The notes: generated by a model from the sequence alone, not told the origin. Counted from the first letter of the stretch, positions 1 to 15,100 are shown. The stretch is 64,000 nt of DNA from Tubiluchus corallicola (GCA_030141605.1 JAQGDQ010000354.1:1-64000), one strand, 5' to 3'. Program-made: numbers and translations.

Positions 1-133
1 AATCTTGTAGTAAAACTTGTCAGCTTGTGTAGTTATAGTCTATTCTTACTGTAAATGTTACTAATGTCTAATGTAATCTTGCAGTAAAACTTGTCAGCTT
101 GTGTAGTTATAGTCTATTCTTACTGTAAATGTT
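1..133. repeat. ~74-bp direct duplication
   Basis: AATCTTG(T/C)AGTAAAACTTGTCAGCTTGTGTAGTTATAGTCTATTCTTACTGTAAATGTT occurs at 1 and 75. Confidence 0.85.
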
Positions 134-268
134 CTTGTAAATAGTGTAAAAAGTCTGTTGTGGTGAGGATCCTAAATCATGTTGTTCAAACTGTCTGATC
201 CAATCCTATAATATATTATGTTTAAACTAAATATTAGCAAATACCAAAGCCATATCCTTTTCAAAATA

Positions 269-800
269 TTAAAGGACAAGAAAAGAGGTAGCTGAAACAG
301 CTTTCAGAAATATCGTCTTAAAAAATTATCTTACTTTATAGCAATTTTATGCATATATCGTACTCGCGTTAAAAGGAATTTTTGTTTGTTTTCATTTTGA
401 ATCTCGCACGTTCCGATTGCATGGCGTCACTACGCCACATAAAACAGGGCAAGTGTTAAATTATGTCCCAAAAAACTTTCCGTGCAAATCTACATTATTT
501 AGGATTTTACTTACCTGCTTGAAAGACTTATGTAACTAAACTAATAATTTAAAATGTTCGTGCCAATTGGTAAAATGTCGCTGACTCACCCTCCAGGGTG
601 CGCCACTTAGTAGCCAAAAACATATTTTGAATCTTATTGACAAGTACGGCAATTTAAAATTTTACTTAATTAGTAACATGTATGCTACGAATGCTCTGAT
701 TATTTTTTCAAAAATTCAATTACTTAATATTATCAAAACTTGTTTCAAACGACCTACCATTAAAATGGCTGCGCCTAACGGTCATCGCGGGAGTTTAAAT
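269..800 (+). mobile_element. Dispersed repeat family F (probable non-autonomous DNA transposon, TTAAAGG start)
   Basis: Same sequence (...AAAACTTTCCATGCAAATCTAC...AAATGGCTGCGCCTAACGGTCATCGCGGGAGTTTAAAT) recurs at ~11790-12700, ~20785-21400, ~40690-41350, with inverted pieces at ~31800-32180. Confidence 0.75.
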
Positions 801-1704
801 TATGATGTTATATACAATGTAACTGTATATATTATTATAGTTATTATTTAAGTTATATGCAATGTAATATAATACAACACCAGAAAATTTCATATAATTT
901 ATAAAGATCAAGCTATAAACTCAATTCACTTACACCGAAAGGGCCTATCTGTGAAAGTCATTTTGTTATGATTGAGTTTAGGCACAGAGAAGTATGAATA
1001 GTAACCAAAAATCTATAATAAATATTTTCATTTCACACATCAGAAAAGTGTTTATTGAACTACAAAAAACATGAGTGGCAAAACTGCTGCACTGAACATT
1101 GAGCAAAAACTAGAAAGCAAAAACAGTCAATAAAACCTGTTTCACAGTCAGTATACAGGTATAGAACTTGACCTATGCAGAGTTGCACAGGCTTCACAAC
1201 AACCATTAATTTTAGATAGGGAGACGACCAGTGTGTATGTAGTCACTGAACCACCGCCGTAGCAGTTACCGTAAAATGTTTTTTTTGTAGATAACAGTTT
1301 GACTGAAGAAAGATTACAGAAAGACAGAGAGCAGTCTTGTATGACAGCATGCTATATACGAAGAGACTCGTCGTTTAGTGCTCATACATATTCTCTACTT
1401 CGTATGCACTTTCCCGAGGGTACATCATGCGAGGCAAGGGGTCAACCAAAGCATTATTGTGTTCACAAGAAGTGCATGGTAGGTCAGATAGAACTTTAAT
1501 CATGCGGATGTTTAATATGCTCTGTCTTACTCTAGCTTTTCTGTAATGACAAACACGGTTGCGTTTGGGTAGTTGCGCGAGCAGCACAACCTTGGTAGCA
1601 TATTTGGTAATATGTAATTGCCATACAAGTACTTTAACTAGCAAACAATAATTGAAAAGTTGCTGTGTTGTGTACCAGCTTCAACAAAAATAGCAGCGAC
1701 AGTA

Positions 1705-2323
<619 letters not shown>

Positions 2324-4213
2324 CAATGACCAATGACACTAATTTTAAAAGCCAGCATGGATATTTCTGTGTTTCGTTTTCATTTTTTAGATTGTGTCAG
2401 TCGTCTCATATTTTTTTAGTTGCAGGACATAGTCACACTGTTAGAAGGCTGTAATTATTATTGCTTGTACAAATATTGCATAGCTATAACGTAGTAAACA
2501 AATGCATGTTTTTGCAGGAATTTACTTGTGATGGAAAAATAAAGGATCCATCAAAGCCGTCTGACAATCTCAAATGCTAGAACATTTATGACGTCATCAC
2601 AATCATCGAGAGGCCAGATTAATTAATATACGAGATGGGGCGTTGTTGTTGTTGAGCATTTATTATAGCAATGGCTTATAATTATTAGAATGTGAGTTGG
2701 TCTTTTTTTATTGGCCAACCATTATCAACACTGCTTCCGTCCATGTTATTTAACGACTTAAATTATACCAGTCTGTTTTTTAAAAGCTTTTACTAAAAGT
2801 TATAAAAAAAATAACGCCTTATATTGTGAAATAAAAGACGCTGCACCCACTGATTAAGAAGCAAAAATATAAAGCTAATGTCGATGGTCCTTCTTAAATA
2901 ATAGAAAATGTTCATACAGGGTGATACATAACCATTTCCTAGGAGTTACAGAAGCAATGATAAAACAATTTATTACGTTAAACCAATGTTAAAACAATAG
3001 AGAATCTGTTACATATATCATCTTTATTCACATATAATGATTGCATTAAATGTAATATATAATAGGGTCTGTAGTACTAGCTTGTGATGCTTTTAAAAAC
3101 ACGAACTGCTGATTAGGAGACACATAATGAAAGTTGGGAAAGAAATCAGAAAGAATACAAAAACATTCCTCTCTTACATCAGCGTACAGTGGACATTTCT
3201 GTAATTACATACAATTCGTCCTCTACTTTGTTCATACAAAAAATTTTACATATTCGTTGTTCTACAGGTATTTTTTCGGCTTATGACTATCTACCGATTT
3301 CAGTTGCCAATTTATGAGCACTAACACGAAATCTAGTTAAGATAGTTTACTCAAGATAGATAAGCTTGTGAAACATCTACAAGCTGCTTTGAGAATTTTG
3401 AGTTTTTAAAGGCACCACTCCAATCCTACCCCTTGAGACTGCAGATTGTACTGGAAGACGCAATTGTGAACGCATGATAGATTTGCTATTGCTTGGGCAG
3501 TACTGTGGTGTCATAAATTGATCTGTACTAACGCTTGCTGTTTTTGTACCCCGTAGTAAAAGATTATGGACCGCCCTGTACAATGTCTCTATTTGCAGGC
3601 ATTTAGTATTATCAATGATCCTTTGCTTTAAAGAAAACACACGTAGCTATAATGTAGAACAACGTAAGCTCTAATTCTAGTAAAAATCATTGTTAACACT
3701 GTATAATATAATGTAGAAACAGTCTCACGAAAAAAATATTTTACGATTGTTTATGGCTTGTAGTAGTTGTATGTGAAACTTTTGTTATTCATGAAATACA
3801 AACTTTCATTGTTATCATTATTTAAATTAAACATGGTGTTAAATAGTTGAATTAACACTGAATTAACAAGAAAGTGTCATTATTACAGATTTACTATAAG
3901 GGGCCGAACTTAAGCAACGCGGAACTTGCTTAGTAAATTGATGGGGGACTAAAAGAAAAACTGCTGGGCAATTTCTCCATTTATTTCGTTGAGTAGGACT
4001 ATAGACATTCAATGTGACTAAGATATTTCGGTCATCTCAGTAGCTCATCTTAAAATGCTTTCCGTGAATAAGTAGATACCGGTCGTGCTACCGGGATTGG
4101 CATAACAAGTAGAACAGGTCAGCCGATTAGTACTGTGTAATGAACTGTATTAAATATGCGAGAGAGTAGTTGAAACTGTCACCTAAACTTGGCTATTAAA
4201 TATGTCTTAGAGA

Positions 4214-4966
4214 AGCCAAGTTTATTACAGGTACATAAAAACAACCCAACGTTGTTAAAAACTTTTACATTAAAAAGTTAAAATCATGTTAAACGTTTCG
4301 TCTAGCTGCTGCTGTCGTCATCAGAATAAACAGCCCAGTAAAGAAATTGGTATAGTAACTTAAGCGCTAATTGCGTATTTACAAAAACTAAATAGGTGAT
4401 GATTAAGCAGACCTGATAAAAATAAATTGATACAGTAACAAATAGCTAAGTTTCGAAAATAACGTTAAAGGAATTGAACTACTTTGCACATTAAGAGAAG
4501 GTTTATTAGGGTACATAGATAAACTTTCTGTCACTAATAAGTCCCAGTTATTTATATTTCTGGTCACAATGGTGAAATTATTAAAATCAGCTTTGTGGTC
4601 AGAGGCACAAATATGGTCATTAATGCTGGATTGAGGAGAATTTTTTATTTTGATTTCTTGCCAGTTCTAGATACAATACCCAAATGTTCATACATTAAAC
4701 ACTAATTCATACATTAATTCTTTCATTAAAGTGTCTGGAAATTTTGCCATGGTGAGCAGCATTGCAGCGCTATTGTCTTTAATTGGGAAGAAAGATCCTA
4801 AATCATTAGGCCTAGCAGATTTTAACACGTTACGTAGCTGATTATGACGGTACAGTTGTTTCACAATATGACATATTTGCTTTTTCACGTGCAAAGACTG
4901 AGGTCCAATAAATTGTATGTGTAAATGCACTAATGTAAAAGTTTTTAAAGTTTGCGTTTTTTTCAA
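4214..4966 (-). mobile_element. Degenerate Penelope-like retroelement 3' part (GIY-YIG endonuclease end plus pLTR)
   Basis: Minus strand reads, with frameshifts, ...LGSFFPIKD...YEHLGIVSRTGKK...SSINDHICASDHKADFNNFTIV...DLLVTESL...KPSLNVQSSSIPLTLF, typical of the PLE endonuclease C-terminus. Followed by CTGATGA-CGAC...GACGAAACGTT and AATAAA. Confidence 0.75.
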
Positions 4967-5784
4967 CTTTAAATCCCTTAGACATTTCTAAAGACGAGAC
5001 GGTGGATGTGCAAAATAATTAAGTATTTTATAGTTTTTATAGATAGATTGTTATCACCCAGTTGTGGCAGACTAGGTGTTATGTTGGCTATTAAGTACAT
5101 AGTTGAAGTGTTCTTATGAAAGATTTCTTAATTTTGCCAGTGTATTTGATTTTTATATTGTCATTGAACTTGAATGAATTAATGTCGTTATATTGAACTT
5201 AATCGTCAACTGTGAATGAATTAATGTAAATGAATACCTCGTGTAATACAGGCAATGTTTATTGTAGGAGTATTGATTGTGCGTGTAATTTATGTAATAA
5301 TGTTTGTTAATTACAGACACACAACCGTGTATGTTTTGTACTATACATTGTGCACGTATTTAATAATGGTTTTCTATTCGTGCATCTGTGAAACTATCTT
5401 TTGTGTTTGCTGTGTAAGACAATAAACAAAACAATATTCTTTAAGAATATTTATTATGCGTTGTTTTCTTCGTGTCTCGCTTTGTATACACTTAACTGTA
5501 TGGTGTGGTGAAAAAACTTTTTTTATCTAATCTTTTTACACCTTTTCTTACTTTGGAGGTTTGATGAGATACGCACATGGGCAAATTTTCAGCTAGATTT
5601 AGCTTTAGGACACGTGTCTCCACTTATGTTAAGATTTCGAAATGTGGTCATTTGTGTAGTTGTTTAACAAACATTAAAAACTGTTATATCCACTCCACTG
5701 ACCTAAGATTTCGAAATATGATTTTCTTAAAGCTACTACATTGAAATGTAAGGCCCTGAAAGTTAAGAAAGGAAAACATCGTAA

Positions 5785-6565
5785 TATATTATGTTTTCCT
5801 TTCTCAACTTTCAGGTTTATTGCTCTTATACCATTGCTATTGTTACATCGTTTACTTCATCCTTATTTTCCATAAGTTATCTACAGAAGCATGCATAACT
5901 ATAGTCATTTTTTCATTTAAATAAGGTGAGTGTGTTAATGACCGTATGGTCGTACACTCACCTCGCACTACTCAAATTATTACATCATTTACTTCATCCT
6001 TATTTACATTAAGTTATCTACAGAAGCATGCATAACTATAATCATTTTTTCATTTAAGTAAGGTGAGTGTGTTAATGACCGTATGATCGTACACGCATCT
6101 CGCACTATTCAAATTATTACATCATTTACTTCATCCTTATTTACATTAAGTTATCTACAGAAGCATGCATAACTATAATCATTTTTTCATTTAAGTAAGG
6201 TGAGTGTGTTAATGACCGTATGGTCGTACACTCACCTCGCACTACTCAAATTATTACATCATTTACTTCATCCTTATTTACATTAAGTTATCTACAGAAG
6301 CATGCATAACTATAATCATTTTTTCATTTAAGTAAGGTGAGTGTGTTAATGACCGTATGGTCGTACACTCACCTCGCACTACTCAAATTAAGTTATCTAC
6401 AGAAGCATGCATAACTATAATCATTTTTTCATTTAAGTAAGGTGAGTGTGTTAATGACCGTATGGTCGTACACTCACCTCGCACTACTCAAATTATTTTA
6501 TTTAAAGTTTATTAATGCGTTTGACTTGTATTTTTTGATGTGTGAAAATAAATTCATAGTTCATA
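5785..6565 (+). repeat. 137-bp tandem array (5 units) inside a dispersed element with a LINE-like tail
   Basis: ACCGTATG at 5941, 6078, 6215, 6352, 6457. The same element with 2 units and the same flanks is at 52337-52748. Confidence 0.9.
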
Positions 6566-7329
6566 TTCTGTTAGCTTTCAGAGAAGTTATTTGAAAAGTA
6601 CATGACGTCAAATACTATCAACAACAGTTTTAGTGGCAATTCAGTGCGCATTCAGTGCACGAAATCCCATGTTGAGTCATTTGCGGTGCAAAGAGTTACG
6701 GCGCCATTTTCGTGTTAGGCACCTCATAAACCTCATTGATTTCAAGTACACCTAACGTTTATAGACGTCAAAACTTAGAGTGAAACGTGCCGGGGAACAC
6801 GTTCACAAAAAAACTTAGTACGAGTCCAGAATTTTTTACATAGGTCATCGCCATCATAAAATTCTTAACAGTAATAATGGACTTCTATCGAATAACGTTA
6901 ACATTGCTCCAGCAGCTTATTATGCGTGTATGTGTGCGCGCTTGAAGGTGTGCGTGCGTGCGTGCGTGCGTAGCGAATTACGTAAGTGTTTAGGTCAGTA
7001 TTGATTAGTAAATGTAAGAAAGTGTGGAAAGAGTAAATCTTCTTGGATAAAATATATCCTGTGAGTAAATTTCGTTATAGTTATACTGTTTTTACTAAAA
7101 TGAAATGTAGCAACAATAGATAACTCCAGGGAAATACTAGTTTTGATGTTTGGCAGGTTTAGAATGTATTGGGAATTAAAGCAAACTGAGAGGGGGCACG
7201 TCTAATGCACTGAATCTTATAGTTAACTCTGATTCATTGAAGGAAACACGCGTCTCAAGTGAAATCCAACACTCAACGTAACAGTCATGATGAATCATTC
7301 ACAATATCATCAGGAAAGAAAATGAAAGT

Positions 7330-7712
7330 ATATGAATGAATGAATGAATGATTGAATGAACGAATAAATGCATTAATGAACGAAAAACTGAATTAACGAA
7401 TGAGTGAATGAATGAATTAACGAGTGAAAAAATGAATGAATGAACGAATGGACGAATGAATAAATGAATCAATGAACGAACGAATGAATGAATGGATGAA
7501 TGAATGAATGAATGAATGAATGAATGAACCAATTAATTAATTAATTATTGACTGAGCGAATGAATGAATGAACGAACGAATAAAAGAATTAATGAGTAAA
7601 TAAACAGATGAATGAATGGGTGAATGAATGAATGAATGAATGAATGAATGAATGAATGAATGAATGAATGAATGAATGAATGAATGAATGAATGAATGAA
7701 TGATGAATGAAT
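7330..7712. repeat. (GAAT)n microsatellite, degenerate on the left
   Basis: Visible tetranucleotide run. Confidence 0.95.
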
Positions 7713-8050
7713 GAACAACCCAACAAACGCACATAAATTGATCAGACAATAGGATAAACGAGCACATAACCAAACAGGTAAGCAAAAAACAAACACACAA
7801 AAAACCTGTAAACCTGGAAAGGGAGGCTGTGCTTGGTCAATTTCTGAAGAGAAGACACGTAAAAGGAGAGCCGAAAACAAGCAGGATTGCAGAGAAGAAA
7901 GAAAGACGAGACGAACAAAAACACAAACGTGAAATACTTACTCCACTCCAATATTTACCTACTGTAGGAAATTTCCAAGAACTGACGGTGTGAGCAATCT
8001 CATTCAAATCTTGTTCAAACTTACCGTCGCAATACTGTTAATATTCCATC

Positions 8051-8220
8051 CATCACGTGGTCATAAATGCGCAGATCTCTACTACTTCTGAGCGTACTGC
8101 GCAGCTTTACTATCTATAGTACCACCTGATGTTACCTGTGTGAATCCTCATCACGTGAGAGTTTGTGAGGGGATGAGTAACCTGTTTCAGTGTGCTGTGG
8201 AAATTCCGGTAGTGACGTCA
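8051..8220. promoter_or_regulatory. Possible promoter region of the PLA2-like gene
   Basis: E-boxes TCACGTG at 8053 and 8151 and a CRE palindrome TGACGTCA at 8213. The ATG at 8478 follows an acceptor-like TAG, implying an upstream non-coding exon. Confidence 0.3.
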
Positions 8221-8477
8221 TGACGATGTTTCGATTCATACTTTGACTGTTTGACATTGATTAAAGGCGTTACTTTGTGCAAATAATACTACTGTTTGAG
8301 AAATTTGTCCAGTGTGAACAAAATGGAGTGTGAACAAGAACAATAAAAATATTTAAATTCAAAGTGATGGACTCAGTAAACTGAAATGGTGGCAGTTCTC
8401 GTTTTTTTGGCATTCAAACAATGACTGACGGTTGTGATTGAAATAATAAATTTTATTTCGTTATTATTACCCTAGAA

Positions 8478-9166
8478 ATGCAATTGCGAACTGTTCTAAC
8501 TGCTGTGCTACTTCAGCTGACCGTGAAGGTAGCGTCGGCAAAGCCCTTTGACGTCCAAGGGGAAAAACATGTCGTAAAAGTGAAAAAGTTGAAATCCGGA
8601 AATGACGTTGTGCAAGCGGAAGGCAAAGGACTTATCTACAAAGTCGTTACAGCGTCTTCGGAAGTTGAAAAAAATATTCTGCAATTTAAACAACTTAACG
8701 ACGGTAAGAAATTGCTAAGTTTGATCTACAGTAGCGGTAGAATGGTGGATTGCGATTGGACAAAAGACGAAAGCGTCATTACAAATTTTGTGCGCGATTT
8801 TTACAGTTTTTCCGGAAATGAAACAGTCGTCGACTCCGCCGAGCTGATCACTCGAAAGGACTTCAAAAGGTTTAAAAGAGACTGCAAGACGTTACAGAAG
8901 AGCAGGAGAAAGAAGGCAAAGAGGAGCCGATTTAGTAGAAAGAGATTTAGTAGTAGGAAAAAGAACAAAAAGTCATCATCCTTAGTGGAAGGTCATTTCA
9001 AAGGCGCCGTGGAAAACTGGACGAGTGGGTGGTGCAAGGGTGGAGAAGTGGACACTTGTTGCAGCAAACACGCAGACTGTGAGGTCACTGTAGCAGGTTT
9101 CTCTCGTGGATATGGCTTAACTAATCGCAAGATTACCAAACTCTCCCACTGCGACTGTGACAAAAG
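8478..9166 (+). CDS. PLA2-like coding exon 1
   Basis: ATG to ...CDCDK AG|GTAAAA donor (phase 2). Confidence 0.85.
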
Positions 9167-12100
9167 GTAAAATATACATAATTTTACTAGGGGTGAGCAT
9201 TCTCTACCAGAAAGCGAATTCGAAACGAATTTGTAATTTTCGAATTCGAATCGAACTGAATTTCAGTATTTCGAATGCGAATCGAATTCGAATTGAGTTT
9301 GAAAGATTTTCGAACCAGTTTTCGAACCACTAGTAAAAAGTGATCTTACAAAGATCATGCATATTACTAGAATTTGTTCTGCAGTAAAACCACTATTAGT
9401 TTGCTAAAACTTTTGCACAGAAACTGCAGCTAAATTGTGCTAAGTGCATGACCTATCAAACATTTTAATGATAAAGAACGTGTGTGGCTGAAGTGCTGAA
9501 TTGTTCGAATCCATAATTTCAGGTTCAAATCGAATTCAAACTTGAAAAACACGTTCGAATCGAATTCGAACATTCGAACTGGAACGTTTGATGCTCACCC
9601 TTAAATTTTACTACAATCGTAAAGTAGACTTTTAATTTTCACGTTTTATACAAAATGTGGTGGATATGACTTGTAGAATTTACAAAAGAAAATGTTGATT
9701 GGTTGGATAAATGTGGATGATTAATCTATACTAAATCCTTTATCGAAGTTATAATGTTTAAGACGCAGTAGAGTCATATTGCATCAGTTTTGCAGACCAA
9801 TTGAGTCAATCAGTGGCACATGCCTCAGCTTTTCCACCAAAGTAACAGGAATGACACATGAACACAGAGACACGCATGAGATTAATCAACACGAATATTT
9901 GCTAGTTCTGAAAGTATTTGGGAAGAGGATTTTCACTTTTAGCGTGCTGTTTAGAATAAGATACTGCAAATTAATTTTTAAAAGGGATACTTTCTGCCAA
10001 AAGTAACGTAATGGAAAAGTTGAAAATGGGCACTGGGGACACAGGAAAAACTTTCACAGGAACTGATTTCAGCTTCAGGTGAAATGTCCAAATCACTTTT
10101 CTGGCAACAAATACAAGTCTCTTTCTTTGGTGTCTACCAGTCATGAGACAGTATCGCACGAGAAACTTTGTTATAAAAAAAAATTATCTTGGGACAAGAA
10201 TTGTACGTTCTGTGGAGAATGACACCCAGGTAACAGATATAGCTATAATAATTGTAATTTGCCAAAATTAATATTCTACAAAAATGCACAATTTTGTGTT
10301 ACGTAATGAATGAGTTTGATTAGAACGATAAGACTAAAGAGAATCTATAAAGGTGTTAAATGTCTGATAATTAAAATATGTTAAATGTCTGATAATTAAA
10401 GGCCTGATAATTAAAATATGTTAAATGTCAATGAAGAACGCCCAGGAAGCCAGACTTCCAAATAAGGAATTAAGGTGCGGCGGTCACGTGCCTGCTCATC
10501 CATCAGACTCCCAAATAAGGAATTGCCCATTCTGGACAGACTGCGCACGCAGCCTGGCACGGATGCTGAAGCCACCCGCCGGAAGACTCAGATGAGACTA
10601 GAATCTCAGGAGAGGAAGTCAAGAGAGATCAGGGGCTTGGCACTGCTATACATTCATTATATGTTGTGATGTTATTTAATAAAAGTGTTATTTCCTACTC
10701 CACGTCTTATAGCTTTGCCATTACCCAAACGTCCATAAACAGCTACACACATCGCTCACATACGTACTACCACTATACAAAGCAAACCATAATAATTTTA
10801 CTATAAGTTTACGAGAAATGAACGCTGTCGACTTGTCCTTGATCCCGGGTTTTTGAACTTTTGAATTTTCTGACCGAGAGAGAAAACACTCTACAACAAT
10901 GAAACGTATTTTCATTTGAAAATTAAAAATTTAAAGCCTTTCTAACTTTCCTTAGCGCGTCTCCTTCTGTAGCCTGGACGTGTCTTATTCAACTTTACCA
11001 AAACACAGGACATTGCCCGCTGGCGCTGGTTAAGAAATCAAAGGCAGATTACAGTTATCTTTAGACTTTAATATTATGCAATAATCAACGCTAATCCTAA
11101 AGGATTTTAAGATATATTTGCTTTCAACTATTTTCTTCATAACTAAACATACATGTTTATCCACTTTTGCCAGCTAAAAGCGGAAAATTACTTTTTTTTC
11201 TTCCTTTGGCTCTAGGTCCTCATAACATTAATTTTAAATACGTAATGGTTAAATTATTATTTAAAGATAGTCACGTGTGTCTCTTCTTTCCCATTATTGA
11301 ACATTATTTTATTATAAACTAACACATTCAAATAATAACTCAATTTTCATTCGTCTTAAATCCAAAATCTGATAATTTTTAATTACCTTATACATGCGCA
11401 TTAACTAATAAATTATATTAGTAACAATCCTGAGAGGGTGGCTGACCTCGATAACTTATAGTTATTCCGCCACCCTTTCACCACTAATCAATAATTACTT
11501 TTGCACTTTGTAATATTATTGTATGCTGTACAGATTTATAAAACACTTAGTTATGTATTTTGCTATTTTAAAAATGGTGATAAACTAATAAACTTACTTA
11601 CTAGTTGAAATAACAATTGGTGTTAAAAACACAATATGAAAATTGGTCGATTGATATAGACACTCATGTCTAAATAACGAACTCTATAAAGAAGAAATTT
11701 GTTACTGTAAATTGCTTTGAAAAATGAGACGGCATCCTATTAATGGAACACAAATTCAGAATTGTCCTCGTAACAAGATCTTCAGAAAAATTTTCAGAAA
11801 AATCGCTTTAAAAATTATACTACTTTACAGCAATTTTATGCACTTAACGTACTCGCGTTAAAACGAATTTTTGTTTATTTTTATTTTACATCTCCCGCGA
11901 CATTGTTCCGACTGCGCCATTAAATGACGTCATGTACCAAACGTAAATCAGGGGAAGAAAAGGAAATGTTAAATTATGTCCTAAAAAACTTTCCATGCAA
12001 ATCTACATTACTTAGTATTTTGCTTACCTGCTGAAAAGATTTATGTAACCAGAAAAGAAAATTATTAATTATTTAAAATGTTTTCACCAATTGGTAAAAT

Positions 12101-15100
12101 TGTCGTTGACTGACCTCCAGGGTGCACCACTCACTAACCAAAAAAAGTATTTTTAATGTTATTGACAAGATACAGTAATTTAAAATTTTACTTAGTTAGT
12201 AACACGTGCGCTACGAATGCTCTGATTATTTTTTCAAACTTTACACAATGTTGTAAGCTTGTTACACAATCTAAACTTGTTTCAAATGACCTGTCGTGAA
12301 AATGGCTGCGCCTAACGGTCATCGCGGGAGTTTAAATTTACAAGTCTTATACAGCGTTACTGACTGCCGACGCAAGCTTTGGATGCAAAAAGGCAGTACG
12401 TAAGTGGTATAAAATTTGAAGACGATTTTTTTAAGCTTGACGTAACTGGAGGGTTTTCGGCTTCCGTTATTGAAAATGTCAACATAACGAAAATCATCTA
12501 CGGATCCATTTCTGTTTTGTTCTTCCTTACAAAAAACAGGTATTTTGAAATCCATCGCGGGTTTCATCATCAGTGTTATGTAGGCAATATGGCACACCAT
12601 TATGAAATTGTTTTTTTTGTAAGAAAGCATAAAACTTTACCATCCATCAATCAATCTATGATTTTTCTCATGTTGACGCCTATGTAACATAGTTAATTAT
12701 TACAGGGACAAATTCCTTTGTTGAGAAATTTGTAATTCGTAGGCTAAGTGACAGACTTAAAAGAAGACAGGATGATGTCTCATATACTACCCTATTTTCC
12801 AGTCCGATGAAAAGTATACATTTTAACACAATTAATACTGCAAAAGTGTTTCTGATAATTAAATAATAGATTGAAATCTTAATTAACGGTGGGCAAGCTC
12901 AATTATTGATGACATCACAAGCTAACATAATTTTCAACAGAAAAAATATTTCATGAGCGTGTTGCACGTGTTTGCGAAAGGGAAAATTGAAGTACAGTGC
13001 TACTGTAAGATATTCAGTGTGTTGTACTAAGACTTAGCAAGTTTTAAGATAAAAATTCAAATTTCATGTACTCACGCATGGGCTGTCGAACGTGTGCAGT
13101 TCGTCAGAAACCGACACATCTGAACAGAGAGGTACAGCACCTGTTTTTTATGCAATGCGTTTCCGAAATGCAGGCGCACGTGCTCATCTAACCAGCGAAT
13201 GGAGAAATAACAAAATTACAAAGAACTAGTGACGTGAACGTGAAATTGCATTTGTGTGGTAATAATTCTTTCACGTAAGTCATTTTGAAAAATAGTGTGT
13301 TTCCTTTCAGTATTTTAAAGAGTAGATTGTTTTTACCTACAGTTTAAGATTGGGTTCAGTTTCGTTTTAAATAAATTTATGTCAGGTGAAATTCTAGCAA
13401 GCATAAGAGTAAAGAGAACCTGTTGAACTATGTTAAAAGCGTTAGATTATGATAGATAAATAGTTAATGAATGTTGGTATGAAGCCCAGTTAAGGAGTGG
13501 TGTCACGTGAGTAAGTGATACAGAATCCAGGCGTCGAAGCTCGGCGCACGATACATAAGCCTTGTGATGCGTCCAGCTCAGGGGATTGAGTCTGGGAGCG
13601 GAAGGAGAGCAGGCTAGATCAGGGGGCTTGGCATTACTATCTGTTATATTTATTGTGTTTGATGTTTAATAAACGTGTAATTTTATAATATGACTCTTCA
13701 TAGTTTTGCCATCCCTAAAACACCAATAATCAGCTTCACACAACCAATACAACGATTTATTTTTACTATAAGATTACGATCCTATCGCTCATCACAAGTC
13801 TACATAAACTTTTCGTTTCGCCTTTCGCAATTGCGCAAAATCTTAGTCAAAAATCTTTTGAATTTGACGTATGATTTCATTTGATTCAGGTGACACAGCT
13901 TAAAAAAAGGTCTTGCGGACTTCAGTCAGATTTGAACTCGGAACCTTGCATTGTGAACTGGTGATTCATCCCCAAGAAAAAAAACCAGAAAACTCGCTGT
14001 ATCGATTAATGGCTTTTACCTTGCATCCAGATGCGTATGCGTTTCCTCTTGCGGAATAGCAACGCATAAAAAATCAACAGGAATAACTGCAGAAAAAGAA
14101 TAACGCATACGCAGGCCGCATAAACGGGCGCATTAAAAACAACGTAAACCGATTTTATCCATTCTGCACCCACATAACGCGTACGCATCCGGATACTACG
14201 CAAACGCCACTTAAGTCTCACGATTCTTAGAATTTTTTTGTTTTTTCGTGTGAATGAAGCTTTAGTTCCTTAGCCATGTAGAGCTTGTGCTATTTCACAT
14301 ATTTTTCGTTTGTGGATAACACTACAACGAAGCGCATGCGTCGTTATATATGCGATAAATGGAAGAGAATGGAAAATGTATAATTTAATGACGTTGTTAA
14401 CTTAGAAAGTGTAAAATAAATGACGTTGGTTAGTATTTTGCTATTTTGTGAATCTTTATTTTACACTATAGTTCAAATTCGTAACTGTATAGCAGCGTTT
14501 AGCAACAACTATGATAATTAATCTTTACACGCATTTAGTAAACGTTTACCAGTTACTCAAGTAAAACTTTTCCAGTTACTCATGTAAAACTTCTCCAGTT
14601 ACTCAAGTAAAACTTTTCCAGTTACTCATGTAAAACTTCTCCAGTTACTCAAGTAAAACTTTTCCAGTTACTCATGTAAAACTTCTCCAGTTACTCAAGT
14701 AAAACCTTTCCACTTACTCAAGTAAAACCTTTCCGGTTACTCAAGCAAACTTTTCCAGTTACTCAAGTAAAACCTTTCCACTTACTCAAGTAAAACCTTT
14801 CCACTTACTCAAGTAAAACCTTTCCAGTTACTCAAGGTAAACCTTTCCACTTACTCAAGGTAAACCTTTCCAGTTACTCAAGCAAACTTTTCCAGTTACT
14901 CAAGTAAAACCTTTCCACTTACTCAAGTAAAACCTTTCCAGTTACCCAAGTAAAACTTTTCCAGTTACTCAAGTAAAACCTTTCCACTTACTCAAGGTAA
15001 ACCTTCCCAGTTACTCAAGTAAAACCTTTCCACTTACTCAAGGTAAACCTTTCCAGTTACTCAAGTAAAACCTTTCCACTTACTCAAGGTAAGCCTTTCC

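Noticed and set aside
3377-3640. 87-aa ORF in slightly GC-richer DNA
   Set aside because: No recognisable motif or supporting exons
7742-8030. Minus-strand donor-like GTAAGTT (~8025) and hydrophobic ORFs suggesting a divergent gene
   Set aside because: Could not link them to any downstream coding exon
13920-13970. tRNA-like B box GAGTTCAAATC on the minus strand
   Set aside because: No cloverleaf; at most a decayed SINE head
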